Source of the DNA: Candidatus Krumholzibacteriaceae bacterium
GTDB lineage: Archaea; Thermoproteota; Bathyarchaeia; TCS64
Direction: 5' to 3'
Assembly: GCA_035529515.1 (NCBI GenBank)
Contig: DATKWN010000033.1
Span: forward strand, 1 to 36,805
DNA: 36,805 nucleotides
Shown: positions 1-9,190 of the stretch, in pieces
How the letters are laid out: each line of letters opens with the position of its first letter
How positions within the stretch are numbered: the first letter of the stretch is position 1
Translations under genes and position numbers: made by a program
Notes under the pieces: model-generated
The model's input: only the letters and a program-made list of their open reading frames with translations
The model's database searches: none
What the model was told of the DNA's origin: nothing

Positions 1-189
1 CTCCCCCGGAGCCTCGCCCTGGCCGTAGGGCCGAGCATCGCGGGCTACGTGATGCAGTTCGTGGGGCTGTCGCTCCCGTTCCTCCTCGCCGGGGCAATCA
101 AGGCTGTCTACGACGTGCTTCTCTGGGCGACGTTCAAGGACGTGAAGCCCCCCGAGGAGCGGGCTGACGCGTCTCAAGGAAACCGATAA
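1..189 (+). CDS. C-terminal fragment of a membrane transporter (MFS-like); 5' end lies outside the window
   Basis: Frame 1 is open from base 1 to TAA at 187-189. The translation ...GPSIAGYVMQFVGLSLPFLLAGAIKAVYDVLLWATFKDVKPPEE looks like a last TM helix plus cytoplasmic tail of an MFS permease. It is absent from the ORF track because no start codon lies in the window. Confidence 0.4.
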   Translation, partial: LPRSLALAVGPSIAGYVMQFVGLSLPFLLAGAIKAVYDVLLWATFKDVKPPEERADASQGNR

Positions 190-230
190 GCCTAATACAA
201 TCCTCTTTCAACACTAGGAGAGGCATAGTA

Positions 231-2108
231 TTGGCAAATTCGTTATCGAGGTACATGGACGACGATAGCCTTCGCAAGCTCAAGGCTCTCAATAATCCAC
301 ACGTCGAGGAGCAGGTCAACCGCTTCCTCGACCTCTGCAAGCCCGAGAAGGCCTTCGTGTTCACCGACAGCAAGGAGGACGTCGCCCTCGTCCGGAAGCT
401 GGCGGTGGACTGGGGCGAGGAGGCGCCCCTTAGGATGAGGGGCCACACAGTCCACTACGACGGCTACCGGGACCAGGCCAGGGACAAGGAGAACACCCGG
501 GTGCTGCTGCCCAAGGGCATGAAGATGACCGAGTCCATCAACACCATCGACAGAGACGAGGGGCTGGAGGAGGTCCTCGGCATCCTGGACGGCATCATGA
601 AGGGCAAGCAGTGCCTCGTACGTTTCTTCAGCCTAGGCCCCACGGACAGCAGGTTCACCCAGTGCGCCCTCCAGCTCACGGACAGCGCGTACGTCGCCCA
701 CAGCGAGGACATCCTCTACAGGAACGGCTACGAGGAGTTCAAGAAGCTCGAGGGCAGCGACGACTTCTTCACATTCATCCACAGCGCCGGCGAGCTGGAC
801 GAGAGGAGCACCACCCTGAACGTGGACAAGCGCCGCATCTACATCGACGTCGTGGACGGCAAGGTCTACACCGTGAACAACCAGTACGCCGGCAACAGCC
901 TGGGCCTGAAGAAGCTGGCGCTTCGCCTCTCCATATACAAGAGCAACCACGAGGAGTGGCTCACAGAGCACATGCTCATCATGGGCGTCAGGCACCCCGA
1001 CAAGGACAGGGTCACATACTTCACGGGCGCCTACCCGAGCGCCTGCGGGAAGACCAGCACCGCCATGATCCCAGGGATGACCATCGTGGGCGACGACATC
1101 GCTTTCCTCAAGCGGGACGAGGAGGGCAACTGCCGCGCCGTCAACATCGAGGCCGGCGTCTTCGGCATCATCAAGGACGTGAACCCGGTGGACGACCCAG
1201 TTATCTACGAGGCGCTCACGACCCCGCGGGAGATGATATTCAGCAACGTCCTCATCCACGACGGCGAGCCCTACTGGCTCGGGATGGGGCTGGAGGACGA
1301 CGAGTACCCGAAGACGGGGATGAACCACGGCGGCGAATGGCATGAAGGCAAGAAGGATGAGAAGGGCAACGAGATACCGCTGGCCCACCCCAACGCCCGT
1401 TACACCATCAGGCTCCAGGAGCTGGAGAACCTGGACCCCAACTGGGACGACAAGGAGGGCCACGTCATCCACGGCATCTTCTACGGCGGCCGCGACAGCG
1501 ACACCAACGTCCCCATAAGCGAGGCGCTGAGCTGGGTCCACGGCGTCAACATGGGAGCCACCATCGAGAGCGAGACCACGAGCGCCACCCTGGGCAAGGC
1601 GGGGGTGAGGAGCAGCAGCCCCATGGCTGTCATGGACTTCATGGTGGTGCCCTTCGGCCTCTACCTTAGCAACCACATCCGGTTCGGGGAGAGGCTAAAG
1701 AACTGCCCCAGGGTGTTCAGCACTAACTACTTCATCAAGGGCGAGGACGGCCGTTACCTCAACGAGAAGGTGGACAAGAAGGTCTGGGTCATCTGGGCCG
1801 AGGGACGTGTACACGGCGAGTATGGAGTCATAGAGACCCCAGTCGGCTACATCCCCAGGTACGAGGACCTGAGAGCCCTGTTCAGGAGGGTCTTCGACAG
1901 GGAGTACACGACGGAGGAGTACACGCAGCAGTTCAGCGTCCGCGTCGACAAGTACCTGGAGAAGCAGGCACGGATGGAGGAGCTCTACGGCGACGAGGAG
2001 GGAGTACCCGACGAGTTCTGGGCGGTACACCGCCGAATAAAGAAGCAGCTCAAGGAGCTACGGGAGAAGACCGGGGAACCAGTTCTCCCGCCCAGCTACT
2101 TCCAGTGA
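231..2108 (+). CDS. pckG: Phosphoenolpyruvate carboxykinase (GTP)
   Basis: 625-aa ORF with the GTP-PEPCK signature YFTGAYPSACGKTS (P-loop/kinase-1a), plus GDDIAFL and NARYT. An RBS-like AGGAGAGG lies at 216-223. The start could be TTG 231 or ATG 255. Confidence 0.9.
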   Translation: MANSLSRYMDDDSLRKLKALNNPHVEEQVNRFLDLCKPEKAFVFTDSKEDVALVRKLAVDWGEEAPLRMRGHTVHYDGYRDQARDKENTRVLLPKGMKMTESINTIDRDEGLEEVLGILDGIMKGKQCLVRFFSLGPTDSRFTQCALQLTDSAYVAHSEDILYRNGYEEFKKLEGSDDFFTFIHSAGELDERSTTLNVDKRRIYIDVVDGKVYTVNNQYAGNSLGLKKLALRLSIYKSNHEEWLTEHMLIMGVRHPDKDRVTYFTGAYPSACGKTSTAMIPGMTIVGDDIAFLKRDEEGNCRAVNIEAGVFGIIKDVNPVDDPVIYEALTTPREMIFSNVLIHDGEPYWLGMGLEDDEYPKTGMNHGGEWHEGKKDEKGNEIPLAHPNARYTIRLQELENLDPNWDDKEGHVIHGIFYGGRDSDTNVPISEALSWVHGVNMGATIESETTSATLGKAGVRSSSPMAVMDFMVVPFGLYLSNHIRFGERLKNCPRVFSTNYFIKGEDGRYLNEKVDKKVWVIWAEGRVHGEYGVIETPVGYIPRYEDLRALFRRVFDREYTTEEYTQQFSVRVDKYLEKQARMEELYGDEEGVPDEFWAVHRRIKKQLKELREKTGEPVLPPSYFQ

Positions 2109-2119
2109 CCCCCACCCCT

Positions 2120-2758
2120 TCACCTGAGCCTAGACAGGTCACAGGCGTACCTGTGCGCCGCCGCGAGCGGCTCGGGGAGCGAGTGGTCCAGGAAATAGGC
2201 GTCCACTATCTCGACGCAGGACTCCAGCGTGATCAGGTGACCCACCGAGACGTACACGGGTGACCCCGTTGGGGAGGTCATCTTAGCGCCTATCACCTTT
2301 CCGCTATGCCTTATCAGCGTCTCATCGGCGTCGGGGTCGTCGAGTTCACCGCAGAGCAGCCTCCTGGCCACACCTATCGCAGGCTTTTTTAGCTCGACTC
2401 CGATGTGGGAGGCCAGCCCGAAGCCCCTGGGGTGAGCAAGCCCGTGGCCGTTCACCATCAGGACGTCGTACCCGGACAGCCCGTGCAAGGCCTTCACCGC
2501 GGGGCGGAGCTCCCTGTATGAGAAGAAGCCGGGCACGTACGGGAACTCCACCCGCGTCTCGGCCGTGGATACCTCAAGCACGTCGAGGCTCTCGTCCATG
2601 ACGACGGCGGCCGAGAAGGCCACCCCACCCACGTACGAGACGTCTACCCCTGCTATGAGCTCGGGTTCGTGCTCAAGCTCCACCGCCTGCACCATTTCGG
2701 ATAACTCTATCTGCTCCAACATGAGACGGTCGAGCGGTTCCCTTGAGAGCTGATCCAC
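2120..2758 (-). CDS. nfi: Endonuclease V (deoxyinosine 3' endonuclease)
   Basis: 212 aa with GVDVSY, HPRGFGLASHIGV and IGVARRLL blocks typical of the Nfi family. Confidence 0.85.
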   Translation of the reverse strand: MDQLSREPLDRLMLEQIELSEMVQAVELEHEPELIAGVDVSYVGGVAFSAAVVMDESLDVLEVSTAETRVEFPYVPGFFSYRELRPAVKALHGLSGYDVLMVNGHGLAHPRGFGLASHIGVELKKPAIGVARRLLCGELDDPDADETLIRHSGKVIGAKMTSPTGSPVYVSVGHLITLESCVEIVDAYFLDHSLPEPLAAAHRYACDLSRLR

Positions 2759-2871
2759 ATGTTCCTCGAAGCGGTGCCTGTTTTTCTGTTTATCGCCGAG
2801 ATCGTGACGAGCCGCTCCACGAGCTCATGGTTTTCCAGTTATTCTTATAGCCGAGACGCAACACGTTCAAC

Positions 2872-4185
2872 GTGTCGAGGCGGATCTTAATGGGTTACAC
2901 GGAGAGGACTAAGGGATCGAAGGCGCTGAGCGAGCGAGCGGCGAAGGTGCTGCCTGCGGGGGTGAGCTACGCCATCCGCGCGCTGCCGCCGTACCCTTTC
3001 TACGTCGACCACGCGGAGGGGGTGAAGGTCTATGACGTCGACGGCAACGTCTACACGGATTACTGGGTGGGCCACGGGGCTCTGATACTGGGCCACAGCC
3101 CTAAGCCCGTCGTGGACGCCGTGGCGGAGCAGCTGCACCTTGGAACCCACTACGGGTTCGCCCACGAGAAGGAGATCGAGCTCGCCGAACGCATAGTCAA
3201 GCACGTTCCCTCGGCGGAGATGGTCCGATACACCAGCAGCGGCACCCTCGCCAACCTCTACGGTACACGCCTGGCCCGCGCCTACACGGGCAGGATGAAG
3301 ATGCTTAAAGTGGAGGGGAGCTGGCACGGCGGATACGACAGCCTCCACGCGTATGTGACCCGCCCCTTCGGGAGGCCGGAGAGCGCGGGCCTCAACCCCA
3401 AGACCACGGAGGACACGTACGCCGTCCCCTTCAACGACGTCGAGGCCGCGAGGAGGGTCGCCGAGAGACACGATCTGGCGTGCATCATACTGGAGCCGGT
3501 CATGGCCGCCGCGGGGTTCATCACCCCGGAGCCCGGCTACCTCGAAGGCATCAGGGAGGTCTGCGACGACACGGGCGCCCTCCTCGTCTTCGACGAGGTG
3601 GTGACCGGGTTCAGGCTCGGCCTCGGCGGGGCCCAGGGCTACTACGGCGTGGAGCCGGACATGACGATAATGGGGAAGATAATCGGCGGCGGCTTCCCGG
3701 TGGGCGCGTTCTGCGCCTCAGAGGAGATAATGGAGCTCCTCGACCACAGGAAGCACCCGGAGCCCGAGAAGCGGAGCGCCCACGGCGGCACCTTCACGGG
3801 TAACCCGATAAGCATGGTCGCCGGATGCGCCACCATAGACGCCCTCGAAGACAGGCGAATCTATGGGCACATAGACGCCCTCGGCGAGAAGATGCGTATG
3901 GGGCTGGACGACATCTTCCAGCGGAGCAGGCTGCCGGCGTCGGTCACCGGGGTCGGCTCCACCTTCGCCATCCACTTCCAGAAAGAGCCGCCCAAGAACG
4001 TGGGGGACACCGCCAGAAACGACCTCGACGCCACCCGAGCCTTCTTCAGCTACATGCTGGAGCGCGGCATCGTGTTCCTCAGCCCCACCGTCAGCCACAG
4101 CTGGGTGGGCAGCCCCCACACCGCGGAGGAAGTCGAGGAGTACCTGGCGGCCACCGAGGGCTTCATGAAGAGCTACAGAGGCTAA
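2872..4185 (+). CDS. hemL: Glutamate-1-semialdehyde 2,1-aminomutase-like class III PLP aminotransferase
   Basis: 437 aa with FDEVVTGFR and the PLP-lysine context MGKIIGGGFPVGAF typical of HemL-type enzymes. The start is GTG 2872 or ATG 2890. Substrate specificity cannot be fixed by eye. Confidence 0.7.
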   Translation: MSRRILMGYTERTKGSKALSERAAKVLPAGVSYAIRALPPYPFYVDHAEGVKVYDVDGNVYTDYWVGHGALILGHSPKPVVDAVAEQLHLGTHYGFAHEKEIELAERIVKHVPSAEMVRYTSSGTLANLYGTRLARAYTGRMKMLKVEGSWHGGYDSLHAYVTRPFGRPESAGLNPKTTEDTYAVPFNDVEAARRVAERHDLACIILEPVMAAAGFITPEPGYLEGIREVCDDTGALLVFDEVVTGFRLGLGGAQGYYGVEPDMTIMGKIIGGGFPVGAFCASEEIMELLDHRKHPEPEKRSAHGGTFTGNPISMVAGCATIDALEDRRIYGHIDALGEKMRMGLDDIFQRSRLPASVTGVGSTFAIHFQKEPPKNVGDTARNDLDATRAFFSYMLERGIVFLSPTVSHSWVGSPHTAEEVEEYLAATEGFMKSYRG

Positions 4186-4279
4186 CTCTTCTCCTCGGAG
4201 CCGAGACGTGGAAATGTGTTACGACGGCGGGGCCGTCAAACCCTCATATAGCTGCGGTGCGCATATTCGGTGAGAGACA

Positions 4280-4969
4280 ATGTCCGTGATAATCGTCCAG
4301 TACCCGTTGATCATAGTCAACCTCAAGACCTACGAGGAGGCTATGGGCCAGAGGGCCATCGAGTTCGCCAGAACCGCCGAGAGAGTGTACGAGAAGACCG
4401 GCGTCAGCATAGCCGTGGCCGCGCAGGCGGTGGACCTGGGGGCCGTGGCGGACAGCTGCGAGACCCCCGTCTTCGCTCAGCACATAGACCCGGTCACGTA
4501 CGGCAAGTACACGGGGCACATGCTCCCGGAGGCCGTCGCAGAGGCCGGCTGCGAGGGGACGCTGCTCAACCACTCGGAGAGGCAGATCCCGTTGAACGTC
4601 ATCGAGGCGAGCGTAGCGAGGGCTAAGGAGGCCGATCTCATCGTCGTTGTATGCGTGGATACCCCGGAGAAGGCTGGCCTAGTAGCTGCCTTCGAACCTG
4701 ATGCGATAGCCATCGAGCCGCCGGAGCTCATAGGCACCGGTATCTCCGTCTCCAAGGCCAGGCCCGAGGTGGTGAGCGACTCCGTGGAGGCGGTGAGGAG
4801 GGTCAACCCGAAGGTGAAGGTGCTCTGCGGGGCAGGCATCACGAACGGCGAGGACGTGAGGGCCGCCATGAAGCTGGGGGCCGAGGGCATACTGGTGGCC
4901 AGCGGCGTGGTGAAGGCGGAAGACCAGTACAAGGCGCTGCTGGACCTGGCGAGAGGGATGCAGGGCTAG
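4280..4969 (+). CDS. tpiA: Triosephosphate isomerase (short archaeal type)
   Basis: 229 aa with IIVNLKTY, LLNHSERQ, EPPELIGTG and CGAGI blocks. Confidence 0.85.
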   Translation: MSVIIVQYPLIIVNLKTYEEAMGQRAIEFARTAERVYEKTGVSIAVAAQAVDLGAVADSCETPVFAQHIDPVTYGKYTGHMLPEAVAEAGCEGTLLNHSERQIPLNVIEASVARAKEADLIVVVCVDTPEKAGLVAAFEPDAIAIEPPELIGTGISVSKARPEVVSDSVEAVRRVNPKVKVLCGAGITNGEDVRAAMKLGAEGILVASGVVKAEDQYKALLDLARGMQG

Positions 4970-5017
4970 CGCCCTAAGCGCTACTTTTTCAATTCATAAG
5001 CCAACTCTATCTTTGGT

Positions 5018-5596
5018 TTGAAGCCGAGAGTCCTCACGAAACGTTTCTATGCACGGGACACCGCGGAGGTGGCCCGTGACTTACTCGGGAAGAAGCTTGT
5101 TAGAAGGCTTGGCGGCGAGTCGCTGGAAGGCCTCATCGTCGAGACCGAGGCGTACTATGGCGTGGATGACCCTGCGTCAAGGGCGTACGGAGGGAGGAAA
5201 CGGTACAACGCGGTAATGTTCGGGGAGCCGGGCCGCCTCTTCGTCTACAACGTCCACAGGTACTGGATGCTCAACTTCGTCGCTCACGAGCCGGGAAAGG
5301 TCGGCGGCGTTCTGATAAGAGCACTTGAACCCGTAAAGGGAGTCGAAGCCATGATGATGAACAGGCCTGTAAAGGACGTCAGGGAACTCACAAGCGGCCC
5401 GGGTAAGCTAGCCCTCGCGTTGGAGGTGGATAAGATCCTGAACGGGTGCTCGGCGACGGGGCTGAACTGCCCGGTTCACGTGCTAGAGAACAGATTCGTG
5501 TTTGAGGGGGGGGAGTCGCACCGCGTAGGGGTCAAAGCTGATCTGCCTGAGAAGCTCAGGTTCTATGTCAACGGTAACAGGTTTGTTTCTAGATGA
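5018..5596 (+). CDS. mpg: DNA-3-methyladenine (hypoxanthine) glycosylase, AAG/Mpg family
   Basis: 192 aa with FYARDTAEVARDLLGKKLVRR and ETEAYYGVDDPASRAY blocks characteristic of the Mpg family. TTG start. Confidence 0.8.
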   Translation: MKPRVLTKRFYARDTAEVARDLLGKKLVRRLGGESLEGLIVETEAYYGVDDPASRAYGGRKRYNAVMFGEPGRLFVYNVHRYWMLNFVAHEPGKVGGVLIRALEPVKGVEAMMMNRPVKDVRELTSGPGKLALALEVDKILNGCSATGLNCPVHVLENRFVFEGGESHRVGVKADLPEKLRFYVNGNRFVSR

Positions 5597-5606
5597 CTAT
5601 ATTCAG

Positions 5607-6404
5607 TTAAGGGTCTATCCTTACTGTGTGTTTTACCTCGTGGCTGCTTACCTTGAAGACGAGTATGTAGTCACCTACCTCTGATGGGGAGAAAGGACTC
5701 GTCTTGTAAACGTAGCTTGAGTGTGGCTCTATGTCTATGGACGCCCCGGTAATCCAGCTTATTTGAGTACCTTCCGTGGTCATGTCATCGGGTGTGTACC
5801 CGTAACTAACCCTAAAACTGCTGTAGGCGGGTAGACTTACATGATACGGGTTGTCGTTGACGATGCCAAACTTGGCGGTGAACCGTTCACCGTGTCTGAT
5901 CTTGGTTGGCGCCGAAATGTTGAGGTAGACGTTGGGTGAGATCAGCGATGCCCCCCTGTATGGGTGTATCATCACTGTGAGTGACTCGCCGAGTACGTTG
6001 AACCTGAATTCCCCTGGCTCAGTTGGCGACAGAGCCTCGTCCAGAATCGTGTGATTGCCATGAGGGGGTATGTGGTACGCTGACCCACGAACGATGTTGA
6101 TGTTTACATCTGCGCTGACCCAAGGCTTGCCTGCCTGCACGGTCCCGTAGGTGATTCTTGTTATTGGCTCAAGCCTTACGTCATGGTCGAATGGGTTGAC
6201 TAGCTGTACTTTGACGTTGACTGTCTCCCCCAGGTAGTACTCGTCTTTGTCTGACGTGATCCGCTTCTCCATGTCGGCCAGTGAGGCGACAGGCGGAGCC
6301 GTGGCGTAGGAGACTACGATGACGAGGCAGAGGAAGGCAGCAACAGACCGAAATACAGCCATAAAAGGACCACTTGGCTGAGGGACTTTGATGTTCACGT
6401 CCAC
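5607..6404 (-). CDS. Hypothetical secreted or membrane-anchored protein with two tandem beta-sandwich-like repeats
   Basis: A hydrophobic N-terminal segment, MAVFRSVAAFLCLVIVVSYATA, makes ATG at 6362 the likely true start. Two internally similar halves are visible (GETVNVKVQLVN...HIPPHGNH...SPTEPGEF and GERFTAKFGIVN...DIEPHSSY...SPSEVGDY). GC is visibly lower than in the neighbouring genes. Confidence 0.55.
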   Translation of the reverse strand: MDVNIKVPQPSGPFMAVFRSVAAFLCLVIVVSYATAPPVASLADMEKRITSDKDEYYLGETVNVKVQLVNPFDHDVRLEPITRITYGTVQAGKPWVSADVNINIVRGSAYHIPPHGNHTILDEALSPTEPGEFRFNVLGESLTVMIHPYRGASLISPNVYLNISAPTKIRHGERFTAKFGIVNDNPYHVSLPAYSSFRVSYGYTPDDMTTEGTQISWITGASIDIEPHSSYVYKTSPFSPSEVGDYILVFKVSSHEVKHTVRIDP

Positions 6405-6457
6405 TTAAGAACCGAATAAGTATATAATCCTAGATTTTTGAACGGATAAAAAGGGGT

Positions 6458-7621
6458 TTAGCTCTTCCACTGGACTATGGCGCCCTGTTTCTCCAGCGCG
6501 TCGAGCTCCTCGTCGGTCTTTCCCAGAAGCTCCTTCAGCACCTCCCGGGTGTGCTGCCCCAGCATGGGGGCCGCGTTCGTGACCTCGCCGGGGGTCTCGC
6601 TGAACTTCACCGGGAAGTTAGGTATCTTGTAACTGCCTGCGGCCTTATGCTCCACCTCGACCCACATGCCTCGGGCCTCCAGGTGGGGGTCCCACATGGC
6701 CTCGTGGGCCTCGTAGACGGGGGCGCACGGGAAACCCATCTCGGCGAGCCACTTGAAGGCCTCCATACGGGTCATGTCCTTGATGCGCCCCTGCACTAGT
6801 TCCTCGCTGACCTCTTCGACGCCAAGCTCCCGCTTGAGGTTCTCGATGGCCTTGCCTCGCTCGCCGGCGATCTGTATCCACCCGTCCTTCACGGGCAGGA
6901 TGCCCCATATCCTGTTGGGGTCCTGGGGCCTCTGCTGTCCTCTCTTGATGGGGCTCTCCTTGAGGAGGTCGTATGCTACGCTTGCTGTGCAGTTGAAGGC
7001 CACCATGGTGTCTATCTGGGCGACGTCGATCATCTGGCCCTCGCCGGTCTTGTCGCGGTGCCTGAGGGCGGCGACTATGGCGAAGGCGGCGTACATGGCG
7101 GGGCCGAGGTCGCCGAGGGCTCCGGCCATGGTGATGGGCGGCCCGTCTGGGTCGTGGTATTTGCCGGTTGCGTAGCTGTGGCCGCTGATGGCCTCGGCTG
7201 TCACCGCGTAGCTGCCGTACCTGCTGTAGGGGCCGGTCTGGCCGAAGCCGCTGAGGGCTGCGTAGATGATCCTGGGGTTCCACTCCTTGAGGACGTCGTA
7301 GCCGAGGCCCAGCCTCTCCATGGTGCCTGGAGCGAAGTTCTGGACGACCACGTCGCTCTGCTTGATGAGCTCCTTGATCATCTCCTTGACCTCGGGGTTC
7401 TTGAGGTCCATGGCCACGTCCTTCTTGTTGAGGTTGAGCGCGTAGAACGTGGTGCTGGTGCCGTGGTGGAGCTCGCCTGGCCCCAGGCGGCCGATGGTTC
7501 CCCACGGGGGCTCCACCTTGATGACCTCGGCGCCTAGTTCGGCGAGCATCATGGTGCAGTAGGGGCCGAACCAGACGTGGGTGAAGTCGAGTATCCTGAT
7601 GTCTTCGAGGATCTTCTTCAT
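6458..7621 (-). CDS. Family III CoA-transferase (CaiB/BaiF/Frc-like)
   Basis: 387 aa. The N-terminal IRILDFTHVWFGPYCTMMLAELGAEVIKVE and the overall layout are typical of class III CoA-transferases. The substrate is unknown. Confidence 0.85.
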   Translation of the reverse strand: MKKILEDIRILDFTHVWFGPYCTMMLAELGAEVIKVEPPWGTIGRLGPGELHHGTSTTFYALNLNKKDVAMDLKNPEVKEMIKELIKQSDVVVQNFAPGTMERLGLGYDVLKEWNPRIIYAALSGFGQTGPYSRYGSYAVTAEAISGHSYATGKYHDPDGPPITMAGALGDLGPAMYAAFAIVAALRHRDKTGEGQMIDVAQIDTMVAFNCTASVAYDLLKESPIKRGQQRPQDPNRIWGILPVKDGWIQIAGERGKAIENLKRELGVEEVSEELVQGRIKDMTRMEAFKWLAEMGFPCAPVYEAHEAMWDPHLEARGMWVEVEHKAAGSYKIPNFPVKFSETPGEVTNAAPMLGQHTREVLKELLGKTDEELDALEKQGAIVQWKS

Positions 7622-8047
7622 GTTAATCCCATGAAGGATGCATCACAATAGATAATGTTTACTGCGGACCGGTGTGCATCGGGGAGAATCTGTTAATCCA
7701 TCGTATGTCAGGTTCCAGTGGGGGGTTCCATGGTTCTTCGGCTTATGCGTTTTCAGATGCAGTGTGTGGGTCCACAGTCGCGCACGTTCTTCGCCGTCAC
7801 CCTTGCGGAGGGGTTGCCGAGGAGGCGTGAATCGACGACTCGGTGTTTCCCTTATAGTTGGTTACCAGCGATAAGCGTTTTTAGGAGAACTAGTTTAGAT
7901 AATTTTAGCTGTTGTCTCTGGTTTTCTTTGCACCGATTCGCACTATTTGCTGGGAACAAGCGTTTTGGATTCATATGGATGGGTTCCTGGTCGAGCCGTC
8001 TCGTTGATGTGTCTGGTTAAGTCTCGTGAGGGTTTAGCTGGCTTTAG

Positions 8048-8587
8048 TTATCTTCTTATCTCCAGGTTTACAGCGTTGACCATCACCACGGTGTTGAGCT
8101 TGACGTTGACGGCTTCGTCGAATGAGGCGGAGAGGTAGCTCTCGAGGAAGACGCTCCACTTGTAGCCCATCTTGTGGGTCAGGTGGAAGCTGTCCAAGCC
8201 CTCCACCGTGTTGCGGTCGCATCGGAACCAGCCGTCGTACTCGCCCAGGATCTGGGTGATGTACCAGACCACGTTCTCGTAGTTCACCCTCATCCCCCTC
8301 TGCATTAGGCTGCTCTTGACGTGTCTCCTGCCGGAGGCTTCCCCGATCTCCTGTATCTGCTCGTTGTCCAGTCTGGAGATGAACTCGTTGAACGTGTCAG
8401 AGGAAAAGGTCACCATGCCGGCGCTGTCCTGGAACCGTATGGAGGCGAGGTACCTGTTGAAGATGTTCCCTATGAGGGCGTTGACGCTGAAACCCCGGCG
8501 CTCGGCCTCCCTTATCAGCGCCTGCTCCTGCTCCTCGTCGAGCCGGATTGTTCTGGTGGCCGTCTTCCTGTGTTCCCTGCTTGTCAA
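8048..8587 (-). CDS. Ribbon-helix-helix (CopG-like) domain protein with an uncharacterised C-terminal domain; putative regulator
   Basis: The N-terminal TRTIRLDEEQEQALIREAERRGFSVNALIGNIF fits a beta-strand/helix/helix RHH pattern. TTG start. It is divergently transcribed from the first glycine-zipper paralog. Confidence 0.55.
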   Translation of the reverse strand: MTSREHRKTATRTIRLDEEQEQALIREAERRGFSVNALIGNIFNRYLASIRFQDSAGMVTFSSDTFNEFISRLDNEQIQEIGEASGRRHVKSSLMQRGMRVNYENVVWYITQILGEYDGWFRCDRNTVEGLDSFHLTHKMGYKWSVFLESYLSASFDEAVNVKLNTVVMVNAVNLEIRR

Positions 8588-8690
8588 ACTGATCTACATT
8601 GTACCACAGTGTGTTCTCTTCATATGGTTTACGCTGTGTGGACACAAAGGCGGCGCTAATGTACATTTAGTTACGGTGTGGACTGACGGC

Positions 8691-8700
8691 TTAAATAAAA
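8691..8700 (+). promoter_or_regulatory. TATA-box-like element upstream of the left-hand module
   Basis: TTAAATAAAA lies about 30-38 nt upstream of the ATG at 8729. This is compatible with an archaeal promoter giving a very short leader. Confidence 0.4.
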
Positions 8701-8728
8701 ACCAAGGTCATGGCTACTTGGTAGAGAA

Positions 8729-9178
8729 ATGCCCTACGTGAAAAGGTACAAAGACCTGAGCACCGACCTGAACGCCGTCTACGACGACATCAAGTACGAG
8801 CTCCAGACAGGAAAGGGGCTCAACGTGGTGAAGGAGCAGGACGGAACCGTGAACGGCGTCCCGTTCAAGAGCATCTTCGCGGTTCGAGAAAGCGTCCCCA
8901 AGGCCCTCACCGGCACCCTGAGGGAGGTAACGGTGACCATCACCGGCGTGGCGGACGACTGGCTCCTCGAGGTCCACACGGGTGCGTGGTTCAGCAACAT
9001 GATCACGCCGGGAACCGGCGGCCTAATCATCGCCGGCCCCCTCGGCGGGATAGCCGCCTCGGGGACAGGCGCCGTCTACGCCGTGAAGTTCGAGCGGGAC
9101 CTCAAGAACCGGATCAAGGAGATCGTCAAGAAGCACAGCAAGAAGCCCTACACCGAAGACAAGGTGGAGACGTTCTAG
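8729..9178 (+). CDS. Uncharacterised small protein, paralog 1 of 6 (subfamily A), with a Gly/Ala-rich glycine-zipper-like hydrophobic segment
   Basis: 149 aa. It shares MP(F/Y)V(K/R)RYKDL...TGTLREVTVTITG..DDWLLE.HTGAWF.N...PG.GG.IIAGP.G...KNRIKE.VKKHS.K.Y.E.KVETF with ORFs 9191, 14910 and 15372. Conservation across paralogs supports real coding. Confidence 0.85.
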   Translation: MPYVKRYKDLSTDLNAVYDDIKYELQTGKGLNVVKEQDGTVNGVPFKSIFAVRESVPKALTGTLREVTVTITGVADDWLLEVHTGAWFSNMITPGTGGLIIAGPLGGIAASGTGAVYAVKFERDLKNRIKEIVKKHSKKPYTEDKVETF

Positions 9179-9190
9179 GAGTGAATATGT

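Noticed and set aside
633-1676. Long antisense or off-frame ORFs inside GC-rich genes, for example 633-1676(-), 611-1345(+), 6645-7505(-), 12876-14270(-), 9023-9673(-), 19756-20580(-), 18296-19397(+) and 23472-24029(-).
   Set aside because: Their translations are Arg/Pro/Gly/Ala/His-rich low-complexity strings typical of shadow frames in high-GC coding DNA. Each fully overlaps a gene with clear family motifs in another frame.
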